The notes: generated by a model not told the origin, from the letters alone. Shown: positions 1 to 13,139, counted from the first letter of the stretch. The stretch: DNA of 64,000 nucleotides from Lama glama (GCA_028534125.1 CM052816.1:50160001-50224000); one strand, 5' to 3'. Numbers and translations: made by a program.

Positions 1-3000
1 AATACTTAAATAGAAGATTTGGCAGTGTAGACAGAAGAAATCGCTAGCAAGGCTGGCTGATCACACTCTCACACACAAAGGAGTCAAATCTTTTCACGTT
101 ACATCAAACACCCTTCCGTACACAGTTATCAGCCTTCACATTTGCTATTTTAATTAACGATGGGAAAAATACATCCCATAAGATTGTGCAACAGCTTAGG
201 AAAACTCTTCCACATGTTTAACAAAGCAACGTCCTTAAAATGAAACCAGGAAGCAGGTACACATATTGTAATCGTGGAATGAAGGGATTCATCTTTGCGT
301 GAACCGGAAGAAAAAAAAATTAAAAGTTAACACCACTTCACCAGATCACACAGGAAAAGCGTTTGATTGCTGTCCTTTATGTAAGGGATGCTTAGACACC
401 CTCTATTCAGTAAGGAAAGAAGAGATTCCTTCTGGCCTCTTGTCGTAATTTGTCCTAGAGAAGAATGTTTTTAGAAAAGTAAAAGAAGGTTTCTTTACAG
501 CCTTTCACAGTACAATGATAACCCCACCCCAGTGCAACCGTGAGACAAGATTTAGCTGCATAGGCTGCAGCCACATCCCACACACGAGGGCAGGAGGAAT
601 CTTTTGCGGTGGGGAAATAGAGGAGTGGCGGCGCAAGGGGGTCTCCGCGCAAGGATGGCTTACTGAAAGCACCAGGAAAGAAGAACCCACCATACTTTTA
701 CACCTTTATCCTCCATGAGAGATGACTGAATCGGGTCAGTTATCATTTTTTAAATTAACCTTTTCGCCAGAGGAATTCAGGAGTCACGTCTAAACATTTG
801 AACTAGCATACTCTTAGATACCTGTCCTCAGAACATTTCCTAGATTGCAGATCGCCACAGGGCACCAACCACGAAGCCCAACTGAATTTTCTGTCGCAGG
901 AAATACACCAGCGAAGCTCCTCGTCCTGACACAGGAGGGAGGGCATTCTGGGCCCTCACTCTCATCAGAGTGGCTCTCACTTTCACCTTGTCCTAGGAAA
1001 GGGTCCTGCCACTATGGCTCTCCTAGTCTCAGTGTCATGGCAGTGTAAAGAGTTGCCCGTGGGTGTGCTGACCCAGGAAGAAGACAAAGAGAAGCACGGA
1101 GGGCTGCCCAGTGTCTTGCCCTCCTGCCCCCAGGAGTAACGCTGCAGAATTAGCTCTCAGCCTGGCCGCGATCCCAGCCGCACACACTTAGGTGGAACCT
1201 GAGAATGTACAGGAGGAATAATGATGACGAAGTCACCCCTGCCCCTCATCGGCAGGGAGGTCACTCCTGTTTCGAGAAGCCTCTCCCTTTGACCTATGAA
1301 AGGATCAACATCTAGCATTTACTGATGTCCAAATAGAAAGGAAAACTCTACTGAAAAGGTAACAGTACTGCTGTATTCTTTATGTCAACATAAATATAGA
1401 AGCATATGAACTATCAGTAGAAACTCTATGGAGCGCCTTCTGTTCTTAACTATGGTTGGCTGAAAAAAAAAAACCCAAGACTACAAGACTTTACGTAACT
1501 AGAAGATATACTGTATTTACATTTATCCCTCTCATTCTAATAAAAATAAAAAAGAAAGCTTTTTGTCTCTATATCCCAGCGTATGTTCACTGTATTGTGT
1601 CCATAAAATAACTATTTGTGTTGAAGCGGGTTATTCTTACCCAACTGTATGTCCTCCCTATTTAACTTTCACATATGACAGTCAATTTTTACATCTTCAC
1701 TCCACACATTCAGCCTTTCAACTACATAAACAAAGGCATGTCGGTATTCAAATGAATGAAAACTATTTCTATCATAAAGAGAAGTGAGATCAATGCATAA
1801 ATCTAGTATATTATAAAAATATAAAATGAATGTAGATGGTTTCTGCCACAGATGTTGCAACTATTCCTAATTACCAAACCAAAGAAAATGACTAAATACC
1901 TTAATTTTTTTCAAAATATGTAATTAAAAGAATAAGTTCATTCAATGTTAGATCACTAAAGTTGTTACTCTGATCTTATAGTGCCTTGTGGTATATATGT
2001 TTTAAAAGAAAACATCTTCAGCAAATAAACACCTTTTAATATGGTTTGTGTTGAAGCCTACCTTTTGCTAAGAAATAAGGATGTGAGAGAAAATATATGC
2101 ATATGCATATACAAGCATATGAGAGAACACATTTAAATGCCATCTATACAAATGAATCTCCTAAAATATCACATCAATGATCCTATCTAATCATCAAATC
2201 AAGTAGTCTCTCATTGTTAATACTATTTGAACATAATTGAATTAAGCCGGATCAGTTAAACTACTCTGCACAACTTTGTAGGATTTAACTCCAGGAATTT
2301 CAAAAATATGCTTATCTTGAATTGCTTATAGTATCGTTTTACATACAACTCTTTTCATTAGGTTATATTACATACAAATAAAGATAGAATTCACTACTAA
2401 GCAGTATCACACACATAGATGCTAAATTCTCACAGCATCTTTCATTTAAATACAGAAAGAATTTTAATAAGAAGCTTGGGTTTGTGTCAAGCATATAAAA
2501 AATCCCCATCATATTTTGTACCTTTTTATAAATAGTGGAGATTAAACTAACCATTCAGCCAAGCTTCTCCAGCCAAACACAAGGATAAATAAGGAAATAA
2601 CTGCTTGATATTCTTTATTTATAAACTCCTAGGCCAGGAGTGGGGTAAAAATACTCAATGCTATGACAGATTTGTATGGATTTCTAAGTAAATTTCTTAC
2701 TTTTAAAAATAATTATTTTAAAAAAAGTGATATAAACATATCCCACAATCTTCTTAGTGAATAATTATAGATAGAAGTTCTGTCAAGTTTGATGTTGGTA
2801 GCTCTAAAAATAAGTGGGGTGGAAAAAAGCAGAAAAAAAGGAGACACTGAGGCATGTCAGTGTGTCAGATGTCAGCATGCCAGAGATACTGACACTTATG
2901 ATACAGCTCACTTACATGTTTGACAAACGAATGAATACTTTAAAATAAAATGTTTTTTTCTAGCAAAGAAAACGAAGAACTCTAATTGTAAATCATCAAC

Positions 3001-3524
3001 TTAGATAATAATTTCATTGACTATCAACTCTGATTAAGTTTACTTAATCCAATCAATTAAAGACCCTGACATTCCCTTTATAGTCTCTAATTTTAGTTCA
3101 ATAAGCAAAGTATATCATTCTTTTAGTCCATTTTTCACTTGATTAGGAATACTAACATTTCCTATTGCTCATAAATCTATGAGGATTTCCTTGGCATTTT
3201 GGAACATCATGTTGGAATATTTCACCAAAAGGCTGTCAGATGCAGTATATTCCATTTTCTAACCTAAATAAATATCACAATATTTCAATCACAGCCATAC
3301 AAACACAGCAGGGAGTGATCTTTGCATATACTTCACAGACACAGCTAAGCATCAATGGGTTTTAGCATGCAAAATTAAATTCCCTACCACAACCATGCAT
3401 AGCACACAAACATGTTATCTCTCCAGGACCAACTGACTACACAAAATTTACTGAGTACCTATTATCTATCAGACTGTATGGCAGACCCATGTTTACCAAC
3501 ATTACAGAGACCTAAGATCTCCAA

Positions 3525-4711
3525 GGAGTAATTAATGTTCCCACTCTTAGATGAACAAGTTCTTATAAAAGACCGCTGTATTTTAGAATTTTATTCTAAT
3601 GGTAGTATAACTTCTATTTGGATTCCAAGGATATCTTCCAAGTCTCTCTATTTCACTCTGAAACTCCGGCAAGTGCTCTTGCCAATAGGTTAGAGAAATG
3701 GCCTTACTAAATAAACTCATTTCTCCCTATTTTAAAAGGACACTTTTTGAGTGCACCTATTGCCAATGTACCAATCATTAAATTGAAGTTAGGATTCCTT
3801 CCTCCAGCTGCCTTCCAAGTATCTGATCTGACTTGCCTTCAGAATGGTAGAAAACAGAGGAATGTTTGAAGCTATTTCACTTTATGCATCTCATTGTAGC
3901 TTGAAGCTGGCAATGACCAAAGAACTATCAACACATCATAACAAACAGTGATCGAGAAGAAAAGATATATTTTTACAAAGTGCTCATTGGATACGTAGTG
4001 TGAAATGTTCTACTAAATGAGAATTCTTAAATAAAACAAAGATAGAAAATGAGAGTAGAAATTATTTTGTTCCCTTTTTCTGAAAGGAATATTCTCACAA
4101 TTAAGTTACTCATATTTATTATTGAAATAAATTGTGTTAACTTCCAAATAGTTTCTTCAAATTTCTTAATATTGGTTTGAGGATGAGGAAAACGTTCATT
4201 ACCTAGGGCTTTGAAGTTAATTTTTTCCTGCCAATAGATTCTCTACAGATAAATCTATGTTTTTTTGTCAGCGTGGCTAGTTTGTTCCCATACTTTGAAA
4301 ATTTCATGAAAGCTACCTAGCATAGGCAGATAAATTCTCTCCTGCTACTGCCACCTACATCTCACCCATATTCCTATTTGCTCCCTTTGTTTATTTCATC
4401 TCTGAAATTACTTCTTCACCTTCCTTTCTTGTCACCACCCTCACCCACCACACATGTTATCAGAGAGTTGTAAGAGCTATAATTATTGCAGACCAGAAAA
4501 GTGTCTTTGTAGGGTGTGGCAGGGGGACACCTGCGTTATTGTGAAAGCAGGTATTTCATTACAAAATCGTGATCTGCTCTATTTTATATTAAGAGTGCAA
4601 CCTAATGGAGTAATTAATGTTCCCACTCTTGGATGAACAAGTTCTTATAAAAGACTGCTCTATTTTAGAATTTTATTCTAAGGGTAGTATAACTTTTATT
4701 TGGATTACAAG
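3525..4711 (+). repeat. 105-bp direct repeat pair (3525-3629 and 4607-4711)
   Basis: ggagtaattaatgttcccactctt...tatttggattMcaag is present twice, ungapped, with 6 mismatches by manual comparison. Confidence 0.95.
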
Positions 4712-6248
4712 AGTCAAACCACAGAACTCTTACACAGTGTATGTATAATCTTTTCTATGTTTATATGAATGTATTTTAACAGCTTGACTTAAATATACTG
4801 GTACCACGGTTAATAGATTTTTTTAATGGCATTTCACACAAAGCTTTATTGCTAGCTGACCTCAAATTATTCACCAAGTATTTTTAAGTACTTCACGGCA
4901 GAGTTTTGTAGACATAGCGCAAGTCTTCTAGTCATACTGTTACCAGACACAAAACATAGTTGCTAAGATGCAGAGGCAGCTGGCTAAAGTTCATGTTCTC
5001 TATAGGGAATTTTACAATTTAAGTTGAAGAGCTTTTAAGTAAATGTAAGTATATGCCAATCTACTCAGCAGAGATATATTTGGATTACATTAATTTATTA
5101 AAATAGATTTCATTTTAATATGCAACAAAAAAGAGTTTGTTTCCTTATTTATATAATACAATAGACAGCCATACAGAAGTACTTGAGAAATACTTATAGA
5201 ATTTAAGTAGAGAAAGCTTGAATTTCTCTAAGATGTTTAAGTTTCCTAGCACATACCAATGAATCCAATGACCAGGCATAAACAAATGCTTCAATTTCAT
5301 TCACCTTTGATATGTTCATAATTAAAATAAAATGCTAAACAGCACCTTACGAAGCAAAGACAACCACCTAATTCAAGTTTCAACTAGATTGTCTCAGATA
5401 TCAGAAATTCCCCAACATTTTCAAAATCTGAGACACAAAAAATGGAGCCAACTCAGGATGCTGGAAAAATCTTGAGATTAGTGCTCAAGATATAAACATC
5501 CTCCCAAATCTTGTCAGTTGTTTTTGCATCCTTAATCACCTTAATAACTGAAAATCATGGATATTTATATCAATACCCAATTCTTCCAGACATGAGAGAT
5601 TAAAGTCTGGGACATTAATACCGGATTCTGTGACCCATATCTCCCTATTAGCTCTGCTAGCTGAGGTTGATGTGGTGTGCCACCCAAGCATGTTTCTTAC
5701 ATTAACAGCTCCCTCTTGCTGAGTAAGGACCTCAATGTTTCTCAATTCATGAATTTTACACCCAGAAAGAGTAATAAACAATATAAGCATTTCTGATGGT
5801 CTGACTTTTGAGGCAGACGTGTTATGGGGATGATAAATGGGAATCATCTCTTTTCCCAACTTCAGATAATCCTCTAATAATGCTGTTCTTTCAAGTGGAA
5901 GGAATGTGTTTAGATATAGTCATCTGGTCTAAGTGCCCTTAAGGAGATATCATCGAGGGTAGGCTTTTCTTGCTTATAGAAGAGGACCAAGGAACTTCCT
6001 AACTTCCAATTTTTAGAGTCAGGGCTTTCCTGGAGAGCTTAATGAAGTAATTTTGGGGCCTTCAAGCATTTTTGAACAATAAGATAAAGAGCTGTGTGAA
6101 AGAAAAGACAGGCTATTTCAGTTTCTAAATGTTTCCTTGAAAGCAGGACAAACAAGCAAAAACCAACCAAAGAGCGATACTTCTATTGTCTTTTTCAATT
6201 TAGTGCTCGAACACTGTGTCAAAGCTTTTCACAGGTAGATAAACAGAT

Positions 6249-6294
6249 GATAGATAGATAGATAGATAGATAGATAGCTAGCTAGCTAGCTAGC
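6249..6294. repeat. Compound microsatellite (GATA)7(GCTA)4
   Basis: Read directly from the sequence. Confidence 0.95.
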
Positions 6295-7723
6295 AGACAC
6301 AGATAATTACCAGCTATCCTAACACCAGAAAAATACTTTGGTCAGAATTGAGGATTTAAAATTCAAGTAAAAATCTCTGACTAAAGTAAAACAAATGCCT
6401 CTCATAAATAAAAATATATATACTTCCTTCTAAGCCCTCAAATTATAGTCACGAAGCCAAACTCTACCAAATACCATTTGATTTTAGTTACACCACTCCT
6501 TTTCTTCACAAGTCACCTCTTCCACCTGATCTCTTCAATAGGGTGTTGAAACAGTGCCATCACTGTCCCCACATTTATCCTCTGCCTTTCATTCTCTGTT
6601 CTCATTCTCTGCGTCTCTGAGTTGGAGCCCAGCACCCCTATGTCCCCATCTCAGTATCCTCCTTACTCCCATCTCAGACTTCTGTTCAACAAGAATTCTC
6701 CTGCCCCCAACTTGGAATGCTTCATAAACCCTCCTTTGAATGAACCAGCCAAAGCCCTCAGTCTTCCCATCTGTCTGCACTAAAACTCCTCGGCCCAAGC
6801 TGGTTGTATCTCTAACTTGTATGCCGCAGAGGACTTAATGTCATATTGTTTCTTATTTTAAAATTCCCTAGTTGTTTTTATATTCTTGCCTCACCTTCCT
6901 TACTAAATTCTATATTCTGTAACAAAAGTGAAGGGATCCTTTAAACACAGAATGCTCTTCATACTCTAGCCACTTAGCCCCTCTTTTGGAGAATTTAGTT
7001 GGAAGAATGTCAGTTATTTATCATCAAGAATGGAAAAGTTTACATTTACTAGTTTGATACTTCCTTTGAAAGATTTGCATTTTTTTTGGAATGAAGAAAT
7101 TATTGTCTATTGGCTGCGATAATAGCTCAAATTCTGAGCTACAACTAAAGGATCATACAGATAATTCAAATACTAAAGACTGTTATGGTTATAACAATCA
7201 GATAATCTAAATGTGCAGGCACAGTCTCAATATTATTTTTATCATTCTTTTTCTTTCCAAGTCTAGCATCGGTACAGGCTGATATCATGGTGGTAATCAC
7301 TGTTTTTCTCAAATGTAAATATATGATGAACAAGTTCACTTTGGCAGTACAGCCAAAAGAACCCTTAAGCCACAAGCATTCATATTTCCTTGGAGTTTCC
7401 ATGCTGATAGAGAGAAGGTGATACAGGTACAGCAAAGTGAGGTATGCGTTTCTGAGTGATTCAAGATACATTCTCCACCCTTCACTATCACTTTTGATTC
7501 AATTACAACTACTCCTGAAACTCTAAAAAACATACATTTCAATGATATTTAATTCTATTTTCTTCTTTACTTACAAACACCAAGGTTCATTTAACATGTG
7601 TGAGAAAATCTCCACTTCCCAAAACATGATCAAAGACCACCATCTCACTCAGGGGAGACTGAATTAGACATTCTTTTCCTCCTTAAAACTGGTGAAGTAC
7701 AGCTTAAGTTTGCAGAGGCTTCT

Positions 7724-7991
7724 AAAGCAGCCCCTTCCCCAGGAAGATCTATATTTTAGACCCAGTCTGAAGATTCACTAGGCAACAAAATCACATCCAT
7801 TTAAAAATACAGATATTGAATAATAAAAAAAAGAGCAAATTTAAGAAAAGAAACCAACAACAAAAATACAAATGCCTGAGCCCCATCACTGGAAAGTCAG
7901 ATTAAAGACGTTTGGCAAGAGATGGGGTGGTGGATATTTTTATCTGGAGGCTCCCAGGTTATTCTGATATAGAGCCAAGGTTGAGAAACAG
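7724..7991. mobile_element. MER5-like hAT-Charlie element
   Basis: aaaatacaaatgcctgagcccc...ctcccaggttattctgat...ccaaggttgagaaac. The left boundary is uncertain. Confidence 0.6.
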
Positions 7992-10577
7992 TCCAAGCAA
8001 TACTTATGCACTGCGAGATTTCCTGGTGCTTCTCAAACCCCTACACAGAATGGCATCATTGTTGGTCAGCTGGCTGATGCCTGGTTGGTGCAGCTCTGGG
8101 TCCTCCTGGGTCAGCTGGTTGGTTGCTCAGTGAGGGGACAGATGCCCAGAGTTCCCTGTGAGGCCAACGCTGAGACTCTGCCTGCTAAAGATACTTCTTA
8201 TATTAACTAACTTCATATTACCTCTCCTTCTCCTTTTACTAAGGCAAGCAACTAGCCTTTAATATATATTCTTCTTGCTTACTAATTATTTCAAGTTGCC
8301 TTCCCGACTAAGCTATTGATTATTTTCTTTCCTCCAGCCACAAAGTACCTTGACTGAATGACTTTATGTCAACAAACCTTTAAAATATTTCCTGGGGGTG
8401 AGGAGATGGGCAGAGAATATTTTATCTGCAGAGAGTAAAATGGCTCTCCTATAGAGCAGAGCAAGGTGAGATTGCAATATAGTGAGGAAAAACAAGTACA
8501 CTATATTACATTATACCCTACAGAAACATGTATTAATGTATTTTCTTTTCCCTTTCTCAACTTAGAAAAGCTGAAACCTACTATGTGCAGCATATAGCCA
8601 AAGAAACTAGTTCACCCTGCAGAAACCAGGAATACTGTGGTACAGAATGAAAAGATAAAGTTACTAGAAGCCAGTCAAGGTGGCGTGTACTGATTATATT
8701 TTGGGTGCAAACAGGTCTGGGTGTAGTACTGTGATACAGTATTTTCAAATTTTCACAGACACGGATGCTGAAATATAATTAACTTTTCCTCTCACTCCGG
8801 AGATTCTTTCTTTCCAGTTTAAAATCTCCTATTTAGACTTTCAATTATTTATTTAAAAAAGCTTTACACATTATTACAATAATTCAAGCAGGTATTTAGA
8901 AGGTTCACCATCATTTATTTTCCTCCCCCAAATCAAACCGCTCTTTTTAAGAATAATTATAGCCTTTGTGCCAGTAGATAGGATTTTCCTCTTGACTCAT
9001 ACTCAAAAAAGTCTAAACACTGGCATATCTCTCTAAGGAACACAATTTTTAATAAATAAATAAACAAATAAATGCAATAAAATAGGTTCACAATTGTCCA
9101 CATGACGCCCTAGATTGAAAGAATATTCTACCTTTTCTATTGCCTCAACTGCATTGTAAAAAAAAAATCTAAGTACTTCAACACAAATGAAAAAACTATA
9201 CAACAGTTTTCACTAAAACACATCCCCACCCCCCTGAACCAAGGCCCCAATCTTGGAATCCTTCTGTCCCTAAAACCACTTATTAACCAGCTTTTCTTTT
9301 TGTATGTGTCAAACTCGCCTCACTGAGGCGTAACGTTATAAATTTTGTAAACTGACAAAAATGGGTATCGCCTTCTTAAAAACCAAATTTCCACTTTACC
9401 TCATTAACATAAAAACTCAGAGAGCACTTCTTTTTCCGTTTCTTTTATCCTACTCCTCCTCTCACCACACGTCTCTCCCCTTGGCTACGCCCCTCCCTCA
9501 CAAAAGTTCTGAACACTGTCTGGGCCCATGAATACATTTTTTATTCATTGCACAAATGAATGATCTAAGAGCTATTAAGAAAGAAGAATGTAATCCCTGT
9601 GTAGAGAACTGGGGGTTTCCTTGACAACAGCAAAAAGACAGCAGGGAATGCCCATGTTTTCTATGAATATGCAAGAAGAGGTCTGGCCCAGCACCTGGAA
9701 AAATTTATAAAGAATTTGTAGAAAGCTCTTTGCTTTGAAAGAAAATTAAATTTGGTAGTTACCAAAAATCATAAGCCCAGTTTTCACACATGAAAAAGAG
9801 CAGAAAGTTAATGAATTTTACACGTAGAGACTACAGAATCAATACTGTAACTATATTTAAATTTTAAATAAGGGCTGCAGCTGCTTCTGATTTGCACCCA
9901 AAACAGCATCACTCTAGACAAACACAGTCCACAGAAGATTAAAGTTTCAACAAGCTCTCACAGTCAGGCAGACACTATAATATAATTATATATGGTTCCC
10001 TGTGGTATATACACATCATCTTGAATTTTAAGATAAGTCCACTTTTACCTATTTAGCACAACACAGTCTAAATCTTCCCATGTGTAGAAGCTGAGAGTGA
10101 AACAACTGCGGAAGCTGAGAGGGGATTAATTTGGACCAAGTCATTCCCACATGCCAGGCGCTGGGCTTGGTGCTTTCTCGTTGTGTTAAGGAGGGTTAAA
10201 TGTGGGACGTCCTACCACTCTGACTGGAAAGCCTTCGAAGAGACCCCCTTCTCTTAAACAATCTGGTGAGTTTGTAGTATTAGCATATATTTTTAATATT
10301 ATAACAGCAGAAGCCTAGGTAGATCAATCAATTTACTCAAGACTGGACTGCAAATAACAATGCTGACTGTGAACTCAGGTCTGTTTCCAAAGGCTCTTTC
10401 TACTACATCAGTTGCCTCTTTCATGTGTCTTTTTTGTGCAAACCAAATATCTGTCCATAGTCATTCAGGATATCACAGAGTGTGCTTCAAAAATCCAGTT
10501 CTAGTATAGTATTTAGTATATGGCAATTATTTGACTGTTGAATAAATGTATATTATATGTATGTGTTTGAAGGCATA

Positions 10578-10600
10578 TGTGTGTGTGTGTGTGTGTGTGT
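10578..10600. repeat. (TG)11 microsatellite
   Basis: Read directly from the sequence. Confidence 0.95.
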
Positions 10601-10606
10601 ATACAC

Positions 10607-10779
10607 ACAATCATCTTTGTTTCATAATCTCTGTTACTTGGAAAGAGTATTGTCACAATATAGGAAATATTATTCTTTCTATACAATAATTGTCATTACA
10701 TCCATTTCACTGGCAAAAATTCTGACAGAAAACTTAAGAAATTCTTGGGTTCACAGTGCAGATAATCAAAGGACAGACT
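10607..10779. mobile_element. Possible ancient Tigger-type MITE
   Basis: The right end gcagataatcaaaggacagactg resembles a Tigger terminal inverted repeat. The left end is degenerate. Confidence 0.35.
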
Positions 10780-12999
10780 GATGCCATACTCTCCAACTTT
10801 TTGCAGCTGTTTCTGTAATACTGCTGATTCAAATTTTACTTGAATTAAGATGTCATAAACCTTTAAATCACCTTTTAGAGTATGCAGCCCACCCTTTAAA
10901 AAAGCAGTTTTATGCCATTTAACTTTACAGGTGTGTAACTCTAAACCATGACGCTTCAGGGGATATCTTTTGAAAAGTTGAACGGACTTCACCTACAGAA
11001 GATGCTATCTTTATCGAAAAGTATCAACCATTGAAAAACAGAAGAGTGTGACTACTCCCTCCTGAGGAAGTTGGCTGACTCTCTCTGGTTTCCATGTATC
11101 TGTACAGGTTTCTAGGTGAATCCTAAGAAGGCATTCATCTTCTAAAGCAGGCAGTGCCCTCTCTACCATTCCAGACTTCTTTGGGAAAATGCCTGATCAC
11201 ACGGGGGCTCCTTAGCCCTACTGGCGAACCTCTGTTGGGAAGCAATGGGCTAATAGATAGTTTCCAGTAACTTGTTTTTGATCTACCACTCCAACAGGGG
11301 CCAGCTTACACCTCTTCCTTATTCTCTGACTCCCCTGGGCCTTCATTGATTCCTTCTCTGCTGACCTCATCTGCCATTCACAACTGGTACCACATACCTA
11401 GAGCGTAATTATGTGTTTCTATACTGCATTTACATTTGATTGTGTTAACATTGGCTCCTCAAAAGGCATTTAAAGTCCTTGGAAGCAGGGCCTACGGTTT
11501 ATGTCTATTTTATGCCCCTTTTAATATCTGTCAAAGGACTGGGAATGTTGTAGCTTCACCTGAAGATAATCCTTGATTGACTGTCCTCTGCTGGAAGACA
11601 ACGTGTGCCTTTCTCTGGAGGTCACTGCCAATGAGAGCTAAGTGGTTTTGTCCATGGATAATGCCCCACCTCAGTAGTAGTTTTGATAATAGTGAGTTGT
11701 GATTGTAACTTCAGAAAGAATAGGCATTGGTTCATGCTAAGAAGACAACAAAGTTCCTATTAGCTGTCTACGGAACATCTTTTATTAGTAAACCTCAACC
11801 TGCGAGAAACACAGTTTCAGTTTCCTGAATTTTCCCTTGAGATCAGTGGGTTAATAAAATATTTATAGAGCATTTTAAAAACTGAAAGTCTATGTGTGTT
11901 TGTATGTGTGTCTGTATGTGAGTGTATGTGTTATACCTACAAAATATTTCACTTAGAAGGACTAAGTAAAAAGGAAACCTTTGATCTGTAGTACAGGGTT
12001 AAGCTCACTAATAATTTAGAAACATTAAGGCCAATTTTTTTTTCATACTATAGAAATGGAAGAAAGATAGGCAATCTTTTCTGTTTTCATTATTTGACTA
12101 ATAAAACTCAATCCTTTTCTAGACTTTGGGCAGCCAAGCAGGAACGGGGGAAGCCATCCCGATTCCCTGCAAAAACAAATGTGCTTCCCTGGCAAGGAGC
12201 CACAGCTGGAGCTCAGCAAAGGGAACCACTCAAGTGTGCAGGCACCCGCCCCATCCACTTTCAGGGATATGCACTGAAATTCTGCAGGAAAGCAGCAGCC
12301 CAGAACCCAAGCTACTGATTTCAGGATGCTCTTCTCTTGCCAGGGCAGGCATCTGAATAGCATGCATTGTGCCCCATATTAGCTGCAAACTAAATCTAAG
12401 CCATCTACTCTTAACAAACTAATAGAATGCCAACGAGAAGCCTGTCTTTCCAGAGTCTATCTTCTTTCAGAAACTGATGGCTAGGGCAGCACCTGAACCA
12501 ACAGGGGGTCATTATTCCTGTGAAGTCATTAGGGGAGAGAATTGACCCACTGCAAAAACGCTCCAAGGAATGCCAAGACTTAGACCAGTGCCGAAGTGTC
12601 AGACCTAGTGTGCCTCCAACTCCCATCTAGGATACTTTCTCTAGTTGTCTCATAAATTATCTCAGATTTAAATATGATAAAATACATAAAAAACCGTCTG
12701 AAGGTATCAAGCTGTAAGTGTATGCTTGATGATTTCGCTCTGCACATACATGTGATACTCTGAAATGTCATTATGTATGATTTTGATTACACATGGGCAT
12801 CAAAAAGATTGAAACTAGGTTTGCTTAATTTGTTTTTTTCAGCATCATAGTTATTTAAAGGTAAATGTTCATGAATTTCGTTTCATTGTAGTGAGATAAT
12901 ATATATATATAATGAGATAATCAGACCAATTTAAAATATGTTTTTACTTTGAAAAAATCAATTCACTCAGGAATAAGTAAATGTTGCTGCTTCACTTTG

Positions 13000-13139
13000 C
13001 TTTTGTTCATTTTTTATGAGGGGGAGGTAGTTAGGTTTATGTATTTATTTCTATTTGGAGGAGGTACTGGGGATTGAACCCAGGACCTCGTGAATGCTAA
13101 GCCTGTGCTCTACCACTTGAACTATACCCTCTCCTACCC
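13000..13139 (-). mobile_element. tRNA-derived SINE, vic-1-like (camelid)
   Basis: The minus strand reads GGAGAGGGTATAGTTCAAGTGGTAGAGC (A box)...GAGGTCCTGGGTTCAATCCCCAGTACCTCC (B box), followed by an A-rich tail AAATAGAAATAAATACATAAACCTAACTACCTCCCCC. Confidence 0.85.

Noticed and set aside
1440..1480. Strong acceptor-like T-tract/CAG at ~1460 (minus) as the exon 8 acceptor
   Set aside because: The downstream sequence does not encode the GAG-beta N-terminus and has no long open frame.
3525..4711. Miniature LTR retroelement bounded by the 105-bp repeats
   Set aside because: Only one copy has TG...CA-like ends, and I could see no primer-binding site, polypurine tract or target-site duplication.
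13060..13135. tRNA gene
   Set aside because: It has A/B boxes but is followed by a SINE-type body and A-rich tail and has degenerate stems, so it is a tRNA-derived SINE head.
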